The translations under genes and the position numbers were made by a program. A stretch of 64,000 bases of DNA, from NCBI GenBank assembly GCA_965372795.1, contig CBDVDR010000006.1, positions 1-64,000 on the forward strand, in the 5' to 3' direction. Shown here in pieces: positions 57,663 to 64,000 of the stretch (position 1 is its first letter; each line of letters opens with the position of its first letter). The notes below the pieces were generated by a model, which had not been told where the DNA came from, did not search any database, and worked only from the letters and a program-made list of their open reading frames with translations. Source of the DNA: an uncultured bacterium. Lineage in GTDB: Bacteria; Zixibacteria; MSB-5A5; GN15; FEB-12.

Positions 57663-59003
57663 TTACTGAGTTATCTGTTTGAGAATATCATAAAAATTCG
57701 GACAGGAAATCCGAACAACTTCTTCATCATCGATTGTTGAAGGACCAATTAAAAACATAGCCGCAATCGAAAATGCCATTGCAATCCGATGATCTCCGAA
57801 CGATTTAAAATCTGCTCCAGTAAAATCTTTGCCGCCTTCAACGGCAAGTCCATCATCAAGCAAACCATGTTTGACTCCCATAAGAGTCAAATTTTTACTG
57901 ACTGCTTTAAGACGATCCGATTCCTTTACTTTCAATTCTGCAGCATCACGAATCAGAGTTGTACCTTTTGCAAAAGCCGCGATAACAGCGATGATCGGGA
58001 TTTCATCAATTAAACTAATGGTCTTATCTTTTTGAATTTTTCGACTGGAAAGCTTCCCGCCGGTGACAGTGACGCTCCCGCGTGGTTCTCCGCTGATAAT
58101 CTGTTTATTCTCAATTCTGATTTTGCAGCCAATATTTTTCAAATAATCTAAAAAAGCTGTGCGGGTCGGGTTTAATCCAAGATTTTCAACAGTTACCGTT
58201 CCACCAGAAATCGCAGCGGCAGCAAAGAAAAATGAAGCCGTTGAGATATCTCCGGGGATATCAACAATGCCTCCGTTAATTTTTGCCTGAGCAGTAAGTT
58301 TAATTTCTTTCTTAAAATCTTCCGGCATTTTCATTTTCTTTTTTCGTGGATCAATAGGATCAGGCACCGGTACCGGTTTTATCTTTCTTATGATTATACC
58401 TTCACCAAGATTTTCAATCAATATCTCGGTATGATCCCGGGTAATTGATTCCTCCCGGACCGTGACCGAGCAGTTTGAAGCTAAGCCGGCAAGTAGAACC
58501 GCTGATTTAACCTGTGCCGATGGCACCGGCAGACGATATTCAAACGGCAGAAGTTTCGCTCCTCTGATTTTCATCGGTAACCGGTTTTCATTTGAGAAAA
58601 ATTCCGCACCCATTTTTGTTAACGGATCTATTATTCTTTTCATAGGACGGGAGCTTAATGATTCATCGCCCGAAAGAGTTAATTCGATATTTTTACCGGA
58701 TACAATTCCGGCAAGCATTCTGACCGTTGTTCCTGAATTTCCACAGTCGATAATTGTATCATCAGTTGATATGATTGTCTCAGGAGGAGTGAGAATTAAT
58801 TTTCCATCAACTTCCTCTACATTCACACCAAGTTTTTTAGCAGCCTCCAATGAACTGTTACAATCAGCGTTATCAGGAAAATTTATAATTTCAATCGGTT
58901 CAGATGCTATTATTGAAAAAAGTGCCGCCCGGTGAGCTATAGATTTATCGCCGGGGACTTTTATTGTTCCGTTTATTTTTGAAACCGGATCAATTGTTTT
59001 CAT
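57663..59003 (-). CDS. aroA: EPSP synthase
   Basis: PGDKSIAHRA, CGNSGTT, RPMKR, SAQVKSA, RDHTE, PGDIS, KESDR and DHRIAM motifs. Confidence 0.95.
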   Translation of the reverse strand: MKTIDPVSKINGTIKVPGDKSIAHRAALFSIIASEPIEIINFPDNADCNSSLEAAKKLGVNVEEVDGKLILTPPETIISTDDTIIDCGNSGTTVRMLAGIVSGKNIELTLSGDESLSSRPMKRIIDPLTKMGAEFFSNENRLPMKIRGAKLLPFEYRLPVPSAQVKSAVLLAGLASNCSVTVREESITRDHTEILIENLGEGIIIRKIKPVPVPDPIDPRKKKMKMPEDFKKEIKLTAQAKINGGIVDIPGDISTASFFFAAAAISGGTVTVENLGLNPTRTAFLDYLKNIGCKIRIENKQIISGEPRGSVTVTGGKLSSRKIQKDKTISLIDEIPIIAVIAAFAKGTTLIRDAAELKVKESDRLKAVSKNLTLMGVKHGLLDDGLAVEGGKDFTGADFKSFGDHRIAMAFSIAAMFLIGPSTIDDEEVVRISCPNFYDILKQITQ

Positions 59004-60019
59004 TCGCCACAAGTCCTGTTTACAACTCCTGCCATAGCCCGCATTTCATCCATCAATTGATCAAACATATTCGGGAGCAACGATTGGGGACCGTCAGACA
59101 TCGCATTGGCAGGATCGTGATGTACTTCAATTAATAATCCATCGGCGCCAACCGCAAGCGAGGCTCTTGAGAGAGGAAGAATTTTGTCTCGTTTGCCTGT
59201 CCCATGACTTGGATCGGATAAAATAGGCAGATGGCTGTTTCGTTTTACATATGGTATTGCAGAAAGGTCAAGCGTGTTCCTGGTGTGATCGGCAAAAGTT
59301 CTTACGCCGCGTTCACAAAGAATAACATTCTTATTACCTTCGCTCATAATATATTCTGCTGCCATTAGAAATTCTTCTAAAGTAGCAGCCATTCCCCGTT
59401 TCAGCAACACCGGTTTATTGAGCTGACCGGCTTTTCGCAACAGGGTGTAATTCTGCATATTTCTGGCACCAATCTGAATAATGTCCGTATAGTCGGCAAC
59501 AATTCCAATGGTGTCAGTATCAATTGCTTCGGTAACTATCAGCATTCCGAACTTTTCACGAACTTCTGCTAATATTTTCAGACCCTCTTCTTTCATACCC
59601 TGAAAGCTATATGGGGAAGTACGAGGTTTGTAGGCACCACCTCGGAAAATCTTTGCTCCGGCATTGGCAACCGACTCTGCAATCGTCATACATTGATCCC
59701 GGCTTTCAACTGAACAGGGACCGGCCATCACGATAAATTCTTTACCGCCAATTTTAACGCCATTGATATCAATAACCGTATTTTCCGGATAAAACTCACG
59801 GCTAACTAATTTATAAGGTTTGGTTACATGAATAATATCCTGAACGCCCGGCTGGGCTAAGATATGATCGGAATCTACTTGAGACTTATTTCCAGTTACC
59901 CCGATAGCAGTACGAAGCGATCCGGGAATGGCATGAGGTTTCAAACCCATTTTTGTAATTTCACGACAAACATGTTCAACCATCTTATCAGTAGCTTTGC
60001 TTTCCATTACGACAAGCAT
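59000..60019 (-). CDS. aroF: DAHP synthase, type I-beta, with N-terminal regulatory domain (copy 2)
   Basis: [45 protein letters not shown] and SDG motifs. Confidence 0.93.
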   Translation of the reverse strand: MLVVMESKATDKMVEHVCREITKMGLKPHAIPGSLRTAIGVTGNKSQVDSDHILAQPGVQDIIHVTKPYKLVSREFYPENTVIDINGVKIGGKEFIVMAGPCSVESRDQCMTIAESVANAGAKIFRGGAYKPRTSPYSFQGMKEEGLKILAEVREKFGMLIVTEAIDTDTIGIVADYTDIIQIGARNMQNYTLLRKAGQLNKPVLLKRGMAATLEEFLMAAEYIMSEGNKNVILCERGVRTFADHTRNTLDLSAIPYVKRNSHLPILSDPSHGTGKRDKILPLSRASLAVGADGLLIEVHHDPANAMSDGPQSLLPNMFDQLMDEMRAMAGVVNRTCGE

Positions 60020-60861
60020 TTATAACTCCTTGAAGCAGCTTTAAAAATGTCACTTAGTGACTTGTTGTTCTTTACCAATTTAGTGACTAAATCTATGTTA
60101 TCCCGGTAAACTTGCAAGGCTTTTATTATTTCTTCTCTATTTTGTTCGATAATTTCTGACCAGACAGAATATGGCGATCCAGCCAGTCGGAGCATCGATT
60201 TAAGACCCGGACCGGCAAGTTCGATCAATTCGGGGTTAATTTGCGCCCCTAATATTGTCGAAATCAGTTGTGGAAGATGAGATATTTCAGAAACAATTTC
60301 ATCATGCATTGTTGGTGAGATATAAACCGGAACAGCATTGAGTTTTTTTACCATCCAGTCTAATCGATACTTATTATTATCACTTAATTTAACAGTCTCA
60401 TCAAGATACCAGGCATGATCTTTAAAAAGCTTATCCGATGAATTTTCAAAACCTTTACGCTCTCTTCCCGCCATGGGATGGGTAGGAAGGAATTGAGTAC
60501 CAGTGGGGAAATTCAAGCTTTGAGCAAGTTTTGCAATTGGAGTTTTTACTGCTCCGGTATCAATTATCAGACAATCGGTCAGACTTTTTAGCTTCGAGAG
60601 AGTAACCAGCATTTTTTCATTAGCTTTATGAGGAGCTGATAGAATAACAATATCTGAGCCTTCAACTGCCTGTTGTATTTTTGGATCGCTCTTGAGGTTA
60701 AATCGTTTGTCTTTTTTTAGTCCGGTTAAGACCGGCTTTAGATCAAAAGCAGTGATGTTGAAATTTTTCCGGCGTGATGATCCTTTGAGAAAATCAAGTG
60801 CCATACATCCGCCGATTAAGCCAAATCCGCAAATAGTGATTTTATTAACAGTTTTTTTCAT
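60007..60861 (-). CDS. tyrA: Prephenate/arogenate dehydrogenase
   Basis: GFGLIGG, DTGAVK, HPMAGRE, HDEIV..ISHLPQ and RLAGS motifs. Confidence 0.88.
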   Translation of the reverse strand: MKKTVNKITICGFGLIGGCMALDFLKGSSRRKNFNITAFDLKPVLTGLKKDKRFNLKSDPKIQQAVEGSDIVILSAPHKANEKMLVTLSKLKSLTDCLIIDTGAVKTPIAKLAQSLNFPTGTQFLPTHPMAGRERKGFENSSDKLFKDHAWYLDETVKLSDNNKYRLDWMVKKLNAVPVYISPTMHDEIVSEISHLPQLISTILGAQINPELIELAGPGLKSMLRLAGSPYSVWSEIIEQNREEIIKALQVYRDNIDLVTKLVKNNKSLSDIFKAASRSYKCLS

Positions 60862-62672
60862 TACATCTCTTCCGGAGCTTTTAAGCCAAGCAAGTATAAC
60901 CCATCTTTCAAAACTTCCTGAACAGCCTTAACAAGAGCAATACGAGCAGAAGTTAAATTTTTGTCCTCAGAAATAATTTTATCACTCTTGCCGTTTTCAT
61001 TTTTCCGCTGATAGAATTTATTAAACGAAGACGATAATTTAATTAAAAATGAAGTTATAATATTCGGTTCATAGTTTCTGGCGGCATCAGCTATTATTTG
61101 AGGGTAGTCAGCGAGATGCTCGATAATCCTTTGTTCTTCTTCGTTATTTAACAAAGCAAAATCTATTTCCTGAATTATTTCTTCTTTGTATTTTCTCATT
61201 AAAGAACATAATCGGGCATGAGTGTATTGAAGATATGGTCCGGTTTCTCCTTCAAAATTAAGCACTTCCTCCCAGATAAAATTGACATCCTTTTGACGCT
61301 TCACCGAAAGTTGAGAGAAAATAACCGCTCCAACTCCAATAATCTGGGCTGTTTCATCGACAGCTTCTAAATCTGGATTCTTCTCGTTGATCTTATCTTT
61401 GGCAAGTGCTACTGCCTTATTGATTACATCTTCAAGGAATATGATATTACCCTGACGGGTCGACATAGCTTTATCGCCAAATTTCACCCATCCGAACGGA
61501 ATATGTTTAACTCTATCAGACATTCGTTTTTCTTCAGGGAGTTTCTCAGCCGTTTCCATAATCTCAACCGCTTTAAAAATCTGCTTAAAATGATCAGCCT
61601 GTGATGCACCCACGATATAGAGTGATTCGTAAAATTTGTATTTCTCCCACCGATAAATCAGACCGGCAATATCTCGAGTGGCGTACAGAGTAGCTCCATC
61701 GGCTTTTTTTAATAAAACCGGTGGTAACTGTTCATCATGCAGGTCAATAATTAAAGCATTTTGAGAGATTTCGGTGATATTATCCTTCTCCAACCGTTCA
61801 ATTACAGCATCCATTTTATCATTAAAAAACGATTCCCCGGTGACCTCATCAAACTCAACATCGAGAATTTCAAAAATACGGTAGAATTCATCCATCGAAA
61901 CAACTTTGAATTGCTCCCACAAATCAACCATCTCCGCATCACCATTCTCAAGTTTCCGGAATGCTTCCCGCGCTTCATCATCAAGGGATTTATCTTTTTC
62001 AGCTTCGGTGTGAAATTTCACATATAGCTCAAGGATCGATTTAATATCACGTTCTACTACCGGGATATCACTGCCCCATTTTTGATAAGCAACTATCATC
62101 TTCCCGAATTGAGTACCCCAGTCGCCTAAAAAATTAATTCCAACCACATCGTATCCGAGTTTTGTAAAAATACGACGCAGGGAATTACCAATAACGGTTG
62201 AGCGCAGATGACCTACTCCAAACGGTTTGGCAATATTAGCCGAGCAATACTCAATTAGATATGGTTTCCCATTGCCTTCATCGCTTTGCCCATATTTTTC
62301 TTTTGAAGTTAAAATATCCTCAAGGGTTTCACCGGCTAAAATTGTAAAATCTACTTGAACATTTATAAATCCACCAACCGCAATTGTTGTTAAAGGGGAT
62401 GGAATATCAATCTCTTCAGAAAGATCTTTGATAGACTGACTAATTTTACTGGCAATATCATTTGGTTTTTCTTTAAGAAGTCCACCAAACCTGAAGACAG
62501 GAAGCGCAATTCGTCCCATTTTAGGATCTTTGGGTTTGTCCAGACAAGAAAGAATGTAATTTTCGGCAAAAACCTGCTCATCACCAACAGCATCATAAAA
62601 TTCAGGATATACAATCTTAAATGCCTCAGCCGCTGCTGACGCAAATTGCTTTTCAAAACTAATTTTTTCCAT
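60861..62672 (-). CDS. argS: Arginine--tRNA ligase
   Basis: SANIAKPFGVGHLRST (HIGH-like), LGDWGTQFG, DGATLYATRD, MSTRQG and GETGPYLQYTHAR motifs. Confidence 0.95.
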   Translation of the reverse strand: MEKISFEKQFASAAAEAFKIVYPEFYDAVGDEQVFAENYILSCLDKPKDPKMGRIALPVFRFGGLLKEKPNDIASKISQSIKDLSEEIDIPSPLTTIAVGGFINVQVDFTILAGETLEDILTSKEKYGQSDEGNGKPYLIEYCSANIAKPFGVGHLRSTVIGNSLRRIFTKLGYDVVGINFLGDWGTQFGKMIVAYQKWGSDIPVVERDIKSILELYVKFHTEAEKDKSLDDEAREAFRKLENGDAEMVDLWEQFKVVSMDEFYRIFEILDVEFDEVTGESFFNDKMDAVIERLEKDNITEISQNALIIDLHDEQLPPVLLKKADGATLYATRDIAGLIYRWEKYKFYESLYIVGASQADHFKQIFKAVEIMETAEKLPEEKRMSDRVKHIPFGWVKFGDKAMSTRQGNIIFLEDVINKAVALAKDKINEKNPDLEAVDETAQIIGVGAVIFSQLSVKRQKDVNFIWEEVLNFEGETGPYLQYTHARLCSLMRKYKEEIIQEIDFALLNNEEEQRIIEHLADYPQIIADAARNYEPNIITSFLIKLSSSFNKFYQRKNENGKSDKIISEDKNLTSARIALVKAVQEVLKDGLYLLGLKAPEEM

Positions 62673-62764
62673 AACAATTTTTCGGTTAATACCGTTAAAT
62701 CCTTTGGGTTATTTTATTCAATTGGTGATAAGAATACGGAGAATTTTGAAAAATTCAACAAATA

Positions 62765-63778
62765 TTAAACAGTTCGATTTACTGCCTTAGCAATAATTTT
62801 TATCTCGTCTACGAGTTTTTGATACTGTTTAAAATATAAGGTCTGAGCGCCATCAGAGAACGCTTTATCAGGATCATAATGTACTTCAATTATCAAACCA
62901 TCAGCACCGGCTGCAACAGCAGCACGAGCCATTGGAGCGACTTTATCACGGATACCGACTCCATGGGAAGGATCAACTATAATCGGTAGATGAGTTAAAC
63001 TTTTTAATACCGGAATCGCAGAGATATCCAGAGTATTACGGGTATAATTTTCAAATGTACGAATACCGCGTTCACATAAAATGACATTGTAATTCCCGCC
63101 TGCCATAATATATTCTGCCGCCATGAGGAGTTCCTGCAGAGTTGCTGACATCCCTCGCTTCAGAAGTATCGGTTTATCTATCTTTCCTAACTCTTTGAGT
63201 AGAGCGAAGTTTTGCATATTGCGTGCGCCAACCTGAATTATGTCGAGGTATTTCAGGGCTGGAATTATATCCATCCGATCCATAATTTCAGAGATTATTA
63301 CGAGATCATTTTCATCGCCAGCTTCCCGTAAATATTTTAAACCTTCTTCACCTAATCCCTGGAAAGCATAAGGAGATGTTCTTGGTTTGTAGGCTCCTCC
63401 CCGAAGACCGGCGGTTTTGGTAGTTTTAACAAATTTAGCAATTTTTTTAATCTGTTGACGGGTCTCAATGGCACATGGTCCCGCGATCAAGCCAACTTTT
63501 TTACTACCAAAGGAAAGTTTGCCAACCTTAACGATTGTATTTTCTTTTTTAAATGATCGACTGGCAAGTTTGTACGGTTCTGAAATTCTTACAACCTCAT
63601 GAACACCATCAAGAACTTCAAATTCACGGATATCAATCACACCGGTATTACCAACAACGCCAAGAACAGTCTGGGTCATGCCGGTTGAGCGATGTATATC
63701 AAAACCACTGTCGAGCAGTTTTTCGTATACTTTTTGAATCTGGCGAACGGTCGCCTTTTCACTCATTATGACTATCAT
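62765..63778 (-). CDS. aroF: DAHP synthase, type I-beta, with N-terminal regulatory domain (copy 1)
   Basis: [40 protein letters not shown] and SDG motifs. Confidence 0.93.
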   Translation of the reverse strand: MIVIMSEKATVRQIQKVYEKLLDSGFDIHRSTGMTQTVLGVVGNTGVIDIREFEVLDGVHEVVRISEPYKLASRSFKKENTIVKVGKLSFGSKKVGLIAGPCAIETRQQIKKIAKFVKTTKTAGLRGGAYKPRTSPYAFQGLGEEGLKYLREAGDENDLVIISEIMDRMDIIPALKYLDIIQVGARNMQNFALLKELGKIDKPILLKRGMSATLQELLMAAEYIMAGGNYNVILCERGIRTFENYTRNTLDISAIPVLKSLTHLPIIVDPSHGVGIRDKVAPMARAAVAAGADGLIIEVHYDPDKAFSDGAQTLYFKQYQKLVDEIKIIAKAVNRTV

Positions 63779-63784
63779 CGCTCG

Positions 63785-64000
63785 TTATTCCTCTTCCTTG
63801 TCATAAACTTCAGTACGTTCAAGCCGTCGTGATTCATCGATAAGTCTTTCAAATAATCTAACAATAGCATCAGGAGTCAAAGGACCGGGATTTTTATCTG
63901 TAATTTGTACATAAATATCCCTTTCTCTTTTTGGATCAAAAAGCTTCTTGCCAATTTTGATTTTGGCTTTAGCCATATCAAGCACCAGCTCAGCTCTCTG
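63785..64000 (-). CDS. Chorismate mutase (alpha-helical class), 5'-truncated by the window edge
   Basis: Frame open to the window end: QRAELVLDMAKAK...LFDPKRERDI...NPGPL...IVRLFERLIDESRRLE. Confidence 0.85.
   Translation of the reverse strand, partial: QRAELVLDMAKAKIKIGKKLFDPKRERDIYVQITDKNPGPLTPDAIVRLFERLIDESRRLERTEVYDKEEE

Noticed and set aside
1..64000. CRISPR arrays, rRNA, IS elements, alternative genetic code
   Set aside because: No spaced direct repeats, rRNA-like segments or transposases were seen by eye, and genes are intact under code 11.

Overview
AT-rich bacterial chromosomal window made mostly of housekeeping genes. A cohesin protein with a YPNPFN C-terminal sorting domain and membrane-TPR proteins suggest an FCB-related lineage such as Zixibacteria (inference only). 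Contents in order: a czcICBA-type heavy-metal RND operon next to tRNA-Ala(GGC); an MFS transporter; an ECF sigma/anti-sigma/lipoprotein trio; deoB-deoC; a Zn-ribbon, degenerate archaemetzincin and MrfA/YprA-like helicase operon; mlaEFD; a tRNA thiolase-like gene; a cohesin protein; an OPT transporter with a GT-C/TPR gene; comF-xerD-GGDEF; DUF885; a metal permease operon; an M28 peptidase; an msbA/LPS glycosyltransferase/relA-spoT operon; gdh; prfB with a +1 programmed frameshift; pta-aminotransferase-pckA; and a shikimate cluster with two DAHP synthases interrupted by argS. No CRISPR array, rRNA, transposase or prophage was seen. The best candidate for an undescribed system is an unannotated minus-strand small RNA (~19784-19657) with a full sigma-54-type promoter layout (-24/-12 box, IHF-like site, phased upstream repeats), two internal hairpins and a terminator. 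Second is a catalytically degenerate archaemetzincin co-transcribed with a Zn-ribbon microprotein and a DUF1998 helicase. All calls come from reading the sequence; no database search was run.
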